The position numbers and the translations under genes were made by a program. Of a stretch of 64,000 nt of DNA, positions 1 through 14,300 are shown one piece after another (positions within the stretch are counted from its first letter, which is position 1; the number at the start of each line of letters is the position of its first letter). The notes under the pieces are model-generated. The model saw only the letters and a list, made by a program, of their open reading frames with translations, had not been told where the DNA came from and made no database searches. The stretch spans positions 2,801,266 through 2,865,265 of the forward strand of contig NW_003314261.1 in assembly GCF_000143415.4 (NCBI RefSeq), written 5' to 3'. Source of the stretch: Selaginella moellendorffii. Its lineage: Eukaryota > Plantae > Lycopodiophyta.

Positions 1-3000
1 ATGTTCACGAATGTATCACACGAAGGAAATAACATCCCAATCTATTAAAACTAACTTAAGCAACAATCAATAGAACAGAATGAATATTGCAAAGCAAACA
101 AACACTTATTTAGACCAATTATCACACTATCCAATCCTAGTCAACAATATGAAAAAACTCAAGTTGCTTAAGCAAGTGTCAGCAATATCCTACTAATGTT
201 TTAAACCCAAGAAACCAATCCAAAGTAAACCACAAAGAATATATGGTATTGTGAAAAGCCATAAGCTATTGAAGGAAATAACTAACTATCATGAAAAAAC
301 ATTAATTATCTCATCGATAAAGAGATGCATAATCATTGTTGAATAATAATCCACCATCCAAAAGAATGGCAAATCATTCACCACCAACAACAACTAAGCA
401 TAACTCTTAACGAGAACAATCAACTATCCAAAGATGATAGTTAATCATCACCAATGATTACTAGATGTAAATATTATCTTCAATATTGAAGTTAATGAGC
501 TAAAATGATTTTTCAACAACTTCTAACAAATGGACTATAAACATGAAAAGTCAAGGAACCAAAAGCTCAAAAAAGCCCATAGCTAAGTCTTGCTTAACAA
601 TGATCATGAGTCTCCCATGAACTAACTTCAATGCTAAAGAAGAAATTATGATACAACCCACAATATCCTCCTCAATTCATCCATAAGCCTGTTTGTATCA
701 ATCCAAAAGCCAAACATATTGAAGCTATGCTTAACAAGTGATTATCAAATCAATCCTCCATAAATTTATATTTTATAATAACACGTAACTCAATTTATAA
801 CAAACACAAGAAAAGTCATCAATAATTGATATATCCCAGCTCAAATCTAACAAGGATTCAATCACTAACTCTTCCTCTCGTAAACTCAGTATAGTCTATG
901 ACTACATCACTTTTCAAAAAAAAGTTAAACCTCAACCCCTACTAATCATTCTCATTTAGAACACAACTAACTCAACTTGCCATTTAGCTTATTTGAACGC
1001 CAACATAGTTGCTAACTAGCAAATGCATAAATGTCAATAACATAAAGCTACAGCCCAAACATTAACACTATTTGCATTAAGACTAATGAAATGTAATATT
1101 AATCTTATGGAGAGATATTTCATTTCACTTGAATCTCAATATCAACAACGTCAACAACAAGGCATCACTTTAATGCCATCAACATTAGAACAAAGCTAAA
1201 AAAAAGCAAAAATGAATCACTACTTAAAACTCTTTAGCAACCACACTAACTAATGTAAAAAATACTTTACTCAGTATCCAAGACTAATTTTTCAACAATA
1301 CTCAATTACAGATAACATATCATCAAAGAGTGATTCACCATGTCCAAGACTTAATATAATTCAATACCATGGACTAAATGTACTAAATGATATCGACAGA
1401 GGTAGAATCAATGCAATATGGAAAAACCATGTAAATTTAACGACATAATCCTCCATAACAACATTTGGTAAAGCAAGTCTATCACTGCTAAATCATCATC
1501 AAGAAAAACAAGTGTCAGCGGTTCTTGACAAAGTTTACAAACAACCATTAGTCATAAAACAATCAATAATCACTCTTCAACTTGCCTTCACAAGACCCAA
1601 ACATTAAATTCCTGGCATCAAGTCATATACTTATCCAACATGAATGTAATACCTTAAATATGAAATATAAGAACACGGACAAGCACAAACTAAATAACCA
1701 CTTGAATCTAACTCAACCGCAATAAGCTCACTAATGTGTCTAACTATTAGCTCTAAGCATACCTTAAAGAGGCTAGCTATGCATGATCAACACTTAGTCG
1801 AAACTAAGTGAAAAAAATAAGATGAACTCATAGTGGTACACAACCTCCTTATAAACAAAGTTATAGTACAAGTACTAATATTTCAACTGCAAACAACTAA
1901 GTTAGACATCACGATCCTTAGCCAAAGTGCAGAGCTACCAAAACTAAGTCAAGATTAGTTAGAGCTCACTACTCTCATAGAGTTTAACAAAATGCAAAGT
2001 GCAACTTGCCACATAGCATAATGCTATAGAAAAAAGATATAAGGGTCACCTTTCTAGAAAAGTGTAACACCCACTTTTTTACACCAACTCTAGACTCTAT
2101 CCAACTCAATTGGCTTAACCCCAAAAGTCAATATCCTTTTTAAGTTACATCATACAAACTATTTACTAAGGTTTAAGTCAACCAAAATCAATTCCAACCC
2201 CTTCACTAGTTTGCATTGGCTTACAAAAATGGAATGGTTTTAAACAAAGTGAACAACAAATCAGCCATTGGAAAAGCCAAAGAAAATTTGTGAGAATTTT
2301 TCCATTTTAGAGAAAAAATGACTCTCAATCTAGGAATGCAAGCTTTTAAAACTCAACCAACTTCTTCCTACCAACAACTTTACATAGGTTCACCTTAATA
2401 TAAATTCTTATGACCTAATAATATGTTTAAGCATCAAATATCATGCCTATATTTGTGACATCCAACACCGATATCTACATATCTTCAAATATCCACATTG
2501 CACTAACACTCTTTTTCGACCACCTTCAAGATCTATTATGAAGCCAAAACACTAACAAAAAAAATGATATGGAAAATAGAGAATTAAGGAAAATTTCTCA
2601 TCACTTAGCAATATTAATGCCTCAACTACACACCTTTTCCGTCTAACAATATACTCCAAATGCTAACAGATAAACTAACAAACCATAGCAAGTAAATGCT
2701 ATAATCCTTTCCAACACCTTAATGGGCAAACCGTCAAGAAAACAAGGTACCAACATAAATTTAGCATATTATAGATCACTATTGAGAATTTATTCAAAGC
2801 TATTACAATGCTATTATGTGCAAGTAGAGTAGCTTCACCATCAACCACTTTGGGGTTGATCATCGTTTAATCAAACATATTACTCATTATCATATAGATA
2901 TAATATAAAATTACAATAACTTGGTCGTCAATTGAGCAACACCACAATCAGCACCCATGTCATTACTTCAAAGGTTTATATGGGTATCAAGTGCTAACTT

Positions 3001-3909
3001 AATTTGATAAATTGCAACATAAATAAAACATCTCACCAATAGAGGTTTACAACACTCAACACCATTAACTTTTGTTCATAACACAAATAAGTTTATGCCA
3101 CTTTCTTTCTAACTAAACTCAAAACTAATCAAACACCAATCTACTCAAAGAGTAATAGCAAGGTTCTTTAGAAAAGAATTGAGCATTATAACCCAAATCT
3201 TCAATAGCAAGCCTAAACAAAATGGTTTAGTGCTTCATTACTATCCATCCCACGACTCACCACTTGTAAGACCATCACTTCCAACATGTATCAAGGTAAG
3301 GACTCTTGATTGCATAATGTGAATACGAGCAATGAGTTAACAATTCGTTGCAAATCATCTCTCTAAGAAAAGAAAATGATTTACATATTTGATCCTTCAT
3401 CCCTGATAACTTTTTTTTCAGTCTCATCTTTGACTAAACCTCAAGTTTGCTTTCGCATTGCCTTCAGTCCAATCCAAGAAAAGTTTATAAGCGAGCACGG
3501 TAATGACTCCTTGAACCAATAGACCAATCTCTATAGTCTTGGTTGATCCATTGATAATCATGCCTCGAAAGGATCCACTAGTGTCATGCTAAATAACTAT
3601 GGACTAGCCTATTTGCCACTCATAGCAAACCTAGGGGAAATTTATTATAACTTATGGTACATAAAACAACTCATGGAACTATTGAAACAACTCATGGAAC
3701 CACCGATAGTTAACATTAATTCTGCCAACTCAAAATGTAACATTGAGTTATTAATTTGCCTCACTTATGAGCCTAAGTGCAAACTCGTGCAAAATGGTAA
3801 ACCTCAAATCCATCTTGCCAACTCAAAGTGTAACTTTAAGTTGCTAATATACTTCACTCCCAAGTGCAAACTCGTGCTAAATAGAACATCTCCATCCATT
3901 TTATGAGCT

Positions 3910-4483
3910 TGTCAACTAAGAAAGTTGACTCACTTTGCATTTTTTCCTTGTTTTCCAGAGATTTGTGTGGTTTGTGAGTTGGAGGAAGTGCAAAAGGAAG
4001 TGAAGTAGTGTGCTAGAGCCCCAGAGGGGAGATGCAATTGAAGTTGGTGAAGTTCAAGTGGTTTTGGAGCCAAGAAGTTTTTGGCAATTATCTTGCATGT
4101 AGTGAGGATTTCAGTGTTGAAAATTTCAGAAAGGTTGAAGAGTTTAGTGAGAGCTTTCCAATGAGTCCAAGATCAAGAAGATTTGACATATGGATCAGAA
4201 GATATTCTGAGTTGAAGTTGCAGGAGTGAAACTTGTGGAGAAGCTTCATCTGCAAAACTCTTTAAGTGTTAAAGCTGGAATATTCCATATGGGAATATTC
4301 TGAACATATATACAATAGCCTAGGAATATTCTGGGATATCCTGGAATCTTTCCAAGGATTTAGGGGGGTATTTATGCCGATTGAAACCTAGATATACCTC
4401 TGTTCAATCAATGAAAGTTCCAGAGAGACAAACCTGGTGCTTGGGTGTGTTGAGTTGAGTTGAGTGAGTGAAGTTGAACTACA
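3910..4483 (+). repeat. 5' LTR of the 3910-8855 element
   Basis: TG...CA ends. 4379-4483 is directly repeated at ~8751-8855 and 4039-~4340 is repeated inverted at ~8142-8445. Confidence 0.85.
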
Positions 4484-4487
4484 AAAG

Positions 4488-4505
4488 TGGTGCATTAGCC
4501 GGGAG
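4488..4505 (+). other. Primer-binding site, probably tRNA-Gly type
   Basis: TGGTGCATTAGCCGGGAG lies 4 nt after the LTR end and is complementary to a tRNA-Gly(GCC)-like 3' end (..TCCCGGCyAATGCACCA). Confidence 0.7.
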
Positions 4506-7500
4506 CCAGATTTGGTTGAAGGGGTAGCTCGAGCCTGGAGAGCCGAAGCGCCACCTCAATCTGGCCAACCAGCGATCACCAAGTTACTGGAAACTCAGTG
4601 AAGATGATTTAGACTTGCAGCAGAGACAGCAGCAGGAGAGATATCAGAGAAGATTAGTAAACACTCGGGAGAGTTCCCCGGAGAGAAACACGAAGCTTTT
4701 ACCTGTGGAAACACAGTGGGAAGAGTGGGGAGAGTTCCAGACATCACCTCCGAATTCGCCAAGATCTAGAGGGATGGCAACACCTACAGCTTCAAGCTGA
4801 GAGAAATATTCAAAGTTTGTGAACTTGAATGATCCTGATGCTCACGTTACTGCCTTCGAGGTAGTGAGTGCTGCGAATCAAGAGCACACTGATGCCCTAA
4901 GACGACGCTGGTTTCCCACGCTGTTGCCTGGCTGCCATCAAATGGTAAGCCCAGGCAAATGCAACGGCACCATTTGCTTCCTGGAATGACATGAAGATTG
5001 CTTTCCTAGAAACCTTCCGCTCTGTGGGATTCCGTCAGAAGATAACAGATGAACTCAATGCGATTCAGCTCTTACTAGGGGAGCCACTTCAAGACTATAC
5101 TTGGAGGTTCAAGAGCCTTTTGCAGCAGAAAGAACCTATTCCGTCTGCTGAATATCAAATCCGCTACTATTTGAATGGCCGGCCATATGAGTCAAAGTTC
5201 ACATCAAAGTTCAAAGACCAGCGAACCTAAATGAAGCGATTACTCATGCTGTGACATGGGAGCAAGCTCGACTTGGAGCGGCAGCCAGGCAACAGATCAC
5301 AGTTCCTGTTTACTCCAGTGGCTATCTCCCTGGAGTACCACCACAACCAGCGTTAATCCCAGCTACAAGTCCTGGATTTCAGCCAACCATGAATACCTAC
5401 AAGCTTTGAGAACCAGTTAGCAAAAGTCAAAGAGGACATGGTGGAAACACTTACAAAGAAGATGGCTGATTTACAAGTGAATCTGGTTCAGGGCATGGGA
5501 GCTTCAGTGAAGCGGATCAACGAGAGAACAGGTGTTTGGTGTATTACATGTGGCAATCAAGGCCACTATCCGATTGAATGCCCAGCTAAGCTTCCACGAC
5601 CTGCAAAGCCAAAGTGTCAATATTGCGGGAAGAGTGGAGATACACTAGAGAATTGCTATTCAAATCCTACTCGAGTTTCAACACAGCAGCTCCAAGTTTC
5701 CCAACAGATCCCTGTGATGCCAAGTTACCTGGTTCAGTCGCAGATGTCTCAAGGGGGGGATACATATCCAGTGTATGCAGTTGCAGCCCAATTGTCTTCC
5801 ACTGCAAATCCTCAATCAACGCAGCAGCAGCAGGGCAAAACCTCTGGTTCAAGAGGCAGATTTAGATGCCCGGTGGTTTGCTACAATTGGTGGGAGCCAG
5901 GTCACATCTCCCCAAATTGTCCATACCTGAGGAGGAGTGAGGGTTACAAGCCCATTTGTGGAATCTGCCAAGGGCTACATGCCCAGGATCAATGACCACA
6001 TAAGTTGAAGAAGACAGAGCAAAATTTGAACCAGGAGCGAGGGAAGAAGGTGGTAGACTCCAAGGCAATCTTCATTCGGCCAGAGGATTTGATGGCAGCC
6101 ACCCCAGAGCTGGAAGTACCAGTGTTAGTTGTGAAACCAGAGGCCAATTGCAGCAGAGAGGCCGTGGCCTTTATGTGGGTGAGGGTTTTGAGCTGCTTAC
6201 CTCAAATGATCCAGAGCTGATGGCATGCAAGCTGAGGAAGGAGCTAAGAGGTCGCCAAGTTGATGGAAAAGGAGATGGAGCCGTTGAAGTTCCATAGAGA
6301 TCGAAGCCGCAGCAGCACGGTGTGGGCTTTTTGGAAAACTTAGCCCCAATTTCTCAAAGTGTGGGAAACAGTGGAGATCAATCGAAGATGGACGGTCAAG
6401 AAGAAGCCGAAGGGCAAGAAAAGCACCCCAAAAAGAATGCTCAGATCTCTCAAGAAGTGATGTGCGGGACTAGAATTTCTACTCCAGAGCAGCTGAAAAA
6501 GGTATTTGATGAAGTGAGAGGGCCAAGTGAGGCTCGAATTGCCACTAAGAAACAGCAACGCCACTATAAGCAAGTGCTCAACTTGGAGACTCGCCCCTAT
6601 GATATTCTCAGAGATCTGGAGAATCAGCAACCAAGCATCACATTTGCTCAGCTGTTGCAGCTTGCCCCGGGATTCAGGAAGGTGGTCTCCACAGCTATAA
6701 AGGGTCATCGTGAGGCAGTTGTAAATGCTGCATGGCCAATGGTGGATATGGATGCTCTTTGCATCGACATAAAGGTTAGTGGAGTGAAGCTGCGGAGCTG
6801 TGTGATTGATGGAGGCTTTGCAGTGAATGTGATGCCTGAACACATTGTGCGGAAGCTCCTTGAGGCACCTGTACCTGTGCATTTCCGGGTACAGATGGCA
6901 AATAATTCAAGATCCAAGCCACTTGGTGTGATCACGGGAGTGAAGACAGAGATTGCAGGCTTCTAGTTCTTTATAGATTTTGTGGTGCTGCGGATGGAGG
7001 ATTCAGAAGCAGACTACCCTGTGTTACTGGGCCGGCCTTGGCTAAAGCAGTCCCGAGCTGAACAGAACTGGCCGACGGGAATGCTGGTCATCGGAGATGG
7101 GAAAATATGCAGCAGGTACAAGTGGCAATGCAAAGGAAGCTAGCCTTGACTCTGGTGGCTCTTGAGCCAGTTGATGCTATGGACAACAGTAGTGATACAA
7201 CTTTCGGTACAGGGGATGGCTCAAGAGGAAATGATTCAGTTGGAAGTGAAGATGGAACCCAGTCAGAGGCTGAGAGTTTTGTGGAGGTTGTGGAACTCAA
7301 ATGCTCGAGCTACGATGATCTGATGCTGTCACCTTTTGAGGAGGGCACGGCGAGTGATCGCCTCCAACATTGGCTGTGGGGTGGGGAAGTTACTTGTGGA
7401 ATGGTGAAGGTGGAACAGATGCCCAATGAGGAGAAGATGAAGCATTTTCCTGAGCATTTTCGTTATGTGGAGCAGCTGGAGGAATAGATGCTCTGGCTAT

Positions 7501-9047
7501 TCGCTCCAATGGAACTGGAACCAGCAGATTCATGGGACGACCTGAGCTGCAAGACTTGGAGCTGGAACCAGGAAAGTCAGTCCGGATTGCAGTGGATACT
7601 GGGCCGGAGCTGCAAGACCGACTCCTGCTCCTATTCCACGAGTTCATTGATGTGTTTGCTTGGAGTTACCAGGATATGAGAGGTGTCAACCCCAAGATGG
7701 TTCAACACCGCATTGTGTTGATAGAGGGAGCAAGACCAGTAAGGCAGCGACCTTACCGGATGAACCTGGCCTATTCTCGAGCAGTGAGGGAAGAGACTGA
7801 TAAGCTCTTGAAGGCTGGCTTCATCTACAAGGTGGAGATCAGTGAGTGGCTCTCCCCCATCGTTGTCGTTCCCAAGAAGAACAGGCAGCTCCAGGTGTGT
7901 GTAGACTATCAAAAGTTGAACGACGTGACAAAGAAGGATGGGTTCCCGCTGCCATTTGCAGATACAGTGCTAGACAAGGTTGCTGGCCACGAATTCTACT
8001 CGTTTCTGGATGGATACAGTCGCTACAATCAGATCGAAATCGCTTCAGAGGATCAGCTGAAGACGGCATTTGTTACTGAGTGAGGTTGTTTTGCTTATCG
8101 GGTGATGCCGTTTGGGCTTTGCAACGCCCCAGCTACCTTTCAGAATATTCCCAGAATATTCCTAGGCTACTGTATATATGCTCAGAATATTCCCATATGG
8201 AATATTCCAGCTTTAACACTTAAGAGTTTTGCAGATGAAGCTTCTCCACAAGTTGCACTCCTACAACTTCAACTCAGAATATCTTCTGATCCACACGTCC
8301 AATCTTCTTGATCTTGGACTCGTTGGAAAGCTCTCACAGAACTATTCAACCTTTCTGAAATTTTCAACTCTGAAATCCTCACTGCATGCAAGATAATTGC
8401 CGAAAACTTCTTGGCTCCAAAACCACTTGAACTTCACCAACTTCATCTTCCTAAATCCTCGGGAAGGTTCTGGGAAGAGGCTGGAATCTTCCCGAGGATT
8501 TAGGGGTCACGGGGGGCAGTTATTCAAGAGTGGAACAGGTGCATGAAAATGGTACGACAGCATGCAGTCCCTCAACATGATCTGCATGCAGATCATATCA
8601 CCCGCAATTGAGAGTGCGCCGGGCAGTAGAGAGACTGAGCATTCAGGCGGAACAGACTGTGGTGACTCACTGCCCCACCTGTGATCAAGTGTGGTATCAC
8701 CTAATGAGAGAAAACCTAGAAGAACTCCTGAACCTAGCTGTCATTGAGCCAATTGATACCTAGATATACCCTTGTTCAATCAATGAAAGTTCCAGAGAGA
8801 CAAACCTAGTGCTTGGGTGTGTTTGAGTTGAGTGAGTGAGTGAAGTTGGACTACAGAGCTCAAGAGCAAGCTTATATAGTACAATACAAAAAAGTAATCA
8901 AAATTCATACCCAAGGAATGAACTTATAGTTTTAGCACCCAAACGTGTACCCATTTGGATCATCATTTTTATCTTTGCATATGCAGTGAAATTAGTTACC
9001 CAATCTCATTGAATAGTACTCACTAAGAGGTATCCTCTAATACTAAA

Positions 9048-11306
9048 TATAGCGTATGTGGTTTTTACCCTTTATCCTATAGTGATTTACCATAGGATAA
9101 CTATGGAGCAGAACCTAAACCTTCCATATGCCATGTGTCATACCACATGCCACATGCCATATGTCCAAAGGACAATGGTGTGGAACCCGAGTTTTAAGGC
9201 TTTAGGCCACTAAATTTGGAACCCTAAACTCCTAAGTATGGAGCCAAAGAGCAAAGGTATTGAAGCATGGAGCAACTCTTGAGTATACAGCCCAAAGAGC
9301 GAAGGGACAAGAACACAAAGTGACTTGGAACAGTCTTACAGCATCTAACATCCCAATATCAAGACTAATACAGAAAACGAAGCTAAATGGAGTTTAGTGC
9401 TATTTCAGCATACCGGTGGCTTAACGCGAGGATATTAGTACTCCATTAGCTAGCATGGTGTAGAACTTGGGGTTAGACCCAATGTTGCGAATGTGACTTC
9501 GGGTATCAAAAGTTACCTGTCGGCCAGTCCTTTCAGATATTCTTTCCTTACTGCCACGACAGCAAGAGGTCAGTATTGTTGGACCCGTTATCAGTCTTCG
9601 CCTAAGCTAATTGAGAAACTGGTCTTCGCGTGTGCACTTGACCAGATGAGCATAAGGAAGGAATTCCTAAGTGTCTATTTAGTCAAACATATTAGATAAA
9701 CTCATTTGTTGACTTGCACTTGCTACTGTTAGGAACCTCTGCGATATTGAGCTTGGTCCCTCAATATCACTAGATGATAGCTTACCGTGTCTGCCAAACA
9801 CCTTCGCTATCATGTCCTTTGAGTTAGTTTCATTTTGGTCCCTAATACTAATTATAGAAAGTGTCTAGATTTGCTCATTTGGCATATCTATGGAATGTAG
9901 AGATTGGCTTGAACACAATGGTGTTCATCCTGTATCCAAATTCGCATTCTAGTGCCATTCCATATTTAATAAGTTTCGAGCTTGTCCTAGAGACTAACTC
10001 CTAATACTAAGGGAGGCTTGGGGTGAAAGCCCAAAGCGTGTGTTCCTTGGAGGGGGGGGGGGGGGTTCCAAATGTATAGTAGGGATAGTGGGTAGGTTGG
10101 GCATGGTTGACCAACCCAAGGCATAGTTTAGCTCTCGTTTGCGTGCTTGTCCTTGTTCTGTGTCCGGCTTGGGTCTAAGCTCAAGCTCCACACCATGCTA
10201 GCTAGTGGAGTACCCATATCTTTGCATTAGGCCACCGGTATGCCAAAATAGCGTAGACTCTATTTGGATCTGTTTTGCATGCTAGTCTTGGCATTGGGAT
10301 GTTGGTTGCTCTAGGACTGTTCCAAGTCGCTCCAGACTCCTGTCCCTTTGCTCCTTGGGCTATATGCTCGGGAGTTGCTCTATAGTCCAATTTCATCACT
10401 CCTTGGCTTCATGCTTGGGAGTTTGGCACCATTTCTTCGTTCAGTGGCCCAAGGCCCTTAAACTTGGGTTCCACACCACTGTCTTTTGAACATATGGCAT
10501 GTGATACATGGCATCTGTCATATGGCACAAAGAGGGTTTAGGTTCTGCTTTGTGGTTATTCTATGGTAAATCACCATAGGATAAAGGGTCAAAACCACGT
10601 ACGCTACACCCAAGCCGGACATAGAACAAGGACAAGCACACAAGTGGGAGGTAGACTATGCATTAAGTTGGTTGGCCATGCCCAACCTACCCACTATCCC
10701 TACTATACAACTATACATTTGGAAACCCCCCGCCCCCCCTTGAGGAACACACACTTTGGGCTTTCACCTTTAGCCACCCTTAGTGCTAGGAGTTAGTTTT
10801 TGAGACAAGCTCAAAACTTATTAAATATGGCACAGTGTTAGATTGTGAATATAGACATGGGATGAACACCATTGTGTTCAAAACAATCTCTACACTCTGT
10901 AGATATGCCAAATGAACAAATCTAAACACTTTCCATAAATAGCATTTGGGACTAGAATAAGATTAATACAAAAAACATGATAGCAAGGGTGTTTGGTAGA
11001 CATGGTAAGCTATCATCCAGTGATATTGAGGGACTAGTCTCAATACGCGATAGTTCTTGTCTTTAGCCAGTGCAATATATAACGAGATGGGAACTCCTTA
11101 CCAAGCTAAGTATGCTTAGGTAATAGCACGTAGGAATTCTATCCTTATTCTCTTCTGGTCTAAGTACACTCAAAATACCCAATTAATTCCACTAGCACAA
11201 AAGAGATTGATAAAAGGTCTAGCATACCAACCTCCTACCAAGGAAAGAATATCTAAAATGACTAGCCGACAGGTAACTTTCAATACCCACAGTCACATTC
11301 ACGACA
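9048..11306 (+). repeat. LTR copy (~1.1 kb net) split by an antisense solo LTR of the same family
   Basis: 9048-9482 matches the reverse complement of ~10170-10608, and 10609-11306 matches the reverse complement of 9483-~10173. Termini t(a/g)tagcg...cgaca. Confidence 0.8.
9483..10608 (-). mobile_element. Solo LTR (1126 bp)
   Basis: Ends TGTTGCG...CGCTACA with a perfect 5-bp TSD CCCAA at 9478-9482 and 10609-10613; no internal coding domain. Confidence 0.88.
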
Positions 11307-14300
11307 CAATTGCAGATGGCACAGAATCCTGGTATAAAAAATCCACAGATGCTAAAATAATAGGCTCATTAAAAACATGAGAAGAGAGCAAAGAAGGAAG
11401 AGGAGCTCGAGAAAGAGCATTAGCATCAACCATAGAACTCCCCAAGCGATGGACAACATCAAAAACATATATCTAAAATTTTAAAGCCCATCAAGCAATA
11501 TGACCAACCAAATTCTTCCACTTCAATAATTAAGTAATGACAACATGATTACCTTTTAGTAACATCCGAGAATAATATAAATATGCATGAAGTTTCTTGA
11601 AAGCCTAGATTGCTGCTAAACACTCCTTCTCTATCGTGGAGTAGTTTGCCTCCGCTGGTTGTAATGTATGGTTTATATATATGATGGGATGATGTTGACC
11701 AAGCACATTTGGGCTCTTTTGCACACCTCCAAGACCAAAATCAAAAGCATCCATGTGCAAAATGAAAACGTCGAGTGTAGTTATAATATACCAAAACTCG
11801 AGGAGTCGTCAATAGCTCTTTGAGATCCATGAATGCCCACTCATAGTCTACAAATCAGATAAAAAATGACATTAATGACTTTAGCAACGATCGCAACAAT
11901 GTAGTGCAATTAGAAAGATAATCCATAAAATAACCAAGATATTGCACTTTGCCCACGAAATGCTATACATCATTCATACACTTCAGAGTAGGAAATTTAA
12001 GAACAGCAATAAGTTTGTCAAGATCAACTTGCAAATCCTCACGAGAAATACGATAGTCGTGCCCTTAGACCCAAACACGAACTTCGACCACTTCAACTTT
12101 AAACCAACTTCTCATAGCTGATCCAACACTTTACAAACATCATAAATATGCTCTTCCCATGTCCCCTCCTAGTGGATCAAGACATCATTAATGAAGTGAG
12201 TAGTCATCTCTGGCATATCATAAAGAACCTTGTCCATTATCTACTGGAAAGTCGCTAAAATATTGTTCAAACCAAACAACATCAACAAGAACTCATATAA
12301 ACCAAATGATGTACGAAAAACAATCTTAAGAATATATCTTCTTCAGCCATCGGTACTTGCTAATACCCAAAAGAAAGATCAAGTTTGGTGAACTGACTTC
12401 TTCCTAGACGATCCAAGAGATTAACAATATGAGGGAGAGGGTATACATCTAGGATCATCACTTTTTTTAATGGATAATAGTTGATGTAGAAATGAATACT
12501 AGGCTTTGTCACAAGATGAAGTTCATATAACTAAAAACTCAGCAACTTTTGAATAATACCCTTTTCCAACATTTTTTTAACATTTACATGTAAAATCTTG
12601 ATTTCTTTGGGTGACTAACGACAAATAAAAACCTTGATTGGATGAGCATCCCTAGTTGGAATCATATGACGTGTGGCAATCTTGGCTTTAAACGATACGT
12701 CAAATTTAAAGAGATCTCTATACTCCTTCATGAGCCAGTCAACCACTACAACACTAAGATCGTCAGAGGGATCAAAAAAGGGAAGAGTAGAACAAAATGG
12801 AAACATAGGAAGAAATATTGGGGAGATAAAAGTAATGGAAGCAGAGGTAGAAATTGAGGAATGAAAAGATGCGGAAATGAGAGGAATGAATGAAATATAA
12901 GAAGGTATAAGACAAAAAGGAGAACCCTCAAAATCTATAGCATATTCTATTTCTCTCCTTTTAAACCAACTAAAAAAGGGGCAATTGCTTGATGAAAGAG
13001 CCCTTAGTGGCTATTTTATCCCTATTTATCCCACATAGTTCCAAAGATCTATTAGTGACAGTATATTTAAATCTCATTTTATAATCACATGCGCTATAAA
13101 GTCACACTTGGCATGATTGCACTGCAATCAATTTATACCAAGGATGAGGTCAAAAGCTTAATTTAGCACCACCCGCAATGACTACAACCAAAACTCAAGA
13201 TTGCCTATACGCACAATAAGGTCTGCCTCATCCCATGCACATGCATGTGTACGCCCGTTGCTATAAAGAATGAAAACTAACTCTATCACACGATGCAAAT
13301 GTAGACGACAACGTGTAGCAAAAGGTCGAGCAATAAAAGATAAACTCAAACTTGTATCAACTAACACGGAGAGAATAATAGGAGACCTCTTATTTTAAAA
13401 AAAACTTGGAAATAAACATTGGATGAACTGATGCCGAGTGATGATACTCTCAAAAGAAAGATGGAGGGGTCATTGATTTATTTGAGTAAGATCCCTCTGT
13501 TACTCACATAACTCCTTGTTTTTCATATGCATCTCAGTGTCTAGACCTTCCACTACAGTAGCACCAATAGGACATTGTTGATGCCAAAGTCTCCACCTAG
13601 AAAATGGAAGCCGCTAATCCGGAAAACATTGACAACGCCAATAAGTGTGACCAACTTCATCACATGCCCAACAACAAACATCACCACTATGACCACGTCA
13701 TCACTTTTGTCCTTGAACTCAAGCAGCAGCAGCATCAACCTCAATTGGAACAGGACTATCTCCCACAGGAAGTGGAGTTGAAGGATGTGTAGCGAGAAGT
13801 GGAAGAAGCAACATTTCATAACATTGTGCTAAGCGAAGGGCATCGTCAAGGGTGGTTAGAGCAAGTGCATACACAAGTTTTATAAGATCTTGATGAAGTG
13901 CTGGCCACAACATTTAGCTTTATCTGCTCCGACATATTTGGCTCCGTATAAAGCAAGAGGCTTTGGAAACGAATGCCAAATTGCATGACCGACTCAAATG
14001 GCCCTTGACAAAGGTGATGCAATTGTTGAAACACATTATCACAATTGTCCAAATACACATTTGAAGATGTCTGGGAGAGTACTCCAATTTTCACAAGTGG
14101 TTGCACTCAAACCATTGTACCACTACAATGCCATCCCTTAGAGACACATGGGAAACTCACATAAACATCAAGTATCATCCCAAGAATGATATATGGCAAT
14201 CACTGTAAAGTGATCGAACTAGTGGTACACATCATTCCTAGGATTCCTATGAAAAAACTTCGGCCAAACATGAGGATTGGCATCAAGAGCAGGAGGAGCT

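Larger units (their letters stand above)
3910..8855 (+). mobile_element. Ty3/gypsy (Athila/Tat-like) LTR retrotransposon, internally deleted and rearranged; gag-protease-RT pseudogene
   Basis: Starts TG (tgtcaac) and ends CA (gactaca), flanked by 5-bp TSD GAGCT (3905-3909, 8856-8860). Gag CCHC knuckles in ORF 5438-5995, protease IDGG in ORF 6322-6966, RT motifs WLSPIVVVPKK, FLDGYSRYNQI and MPFGLCNAPATFQ (7532-8143). Stops and frameshifts present; no RNase H or integrase. Confidence 0.9.
1..11306 (+). mobile_element. Old, heavily decayed Ty3/gypsy LTR retrotransposon (pol remnants ~1-3500, tandem-repeat 3' region, probable 3' LTR 9048-11306) hosting two younger insertions
   Basis: No long ORFs and G/CpG depleted. 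Traces resemble RNase H and integrase (LGVDHR ~2850, FKVLYG-like ~2970, GPY/F-like region ~3210-3320). The repeat context ttatgagc.. continues across the 3910-8855 insertion. An LTR copy begins at 9048. Confidence 0.45.

Noticed and set aside
3586-3906. 106-aa ORF with internal repeats
   Set aside because: Arises from 21-bp and ~90-bp tandem repeats in a decayed TE region; no coding signature.
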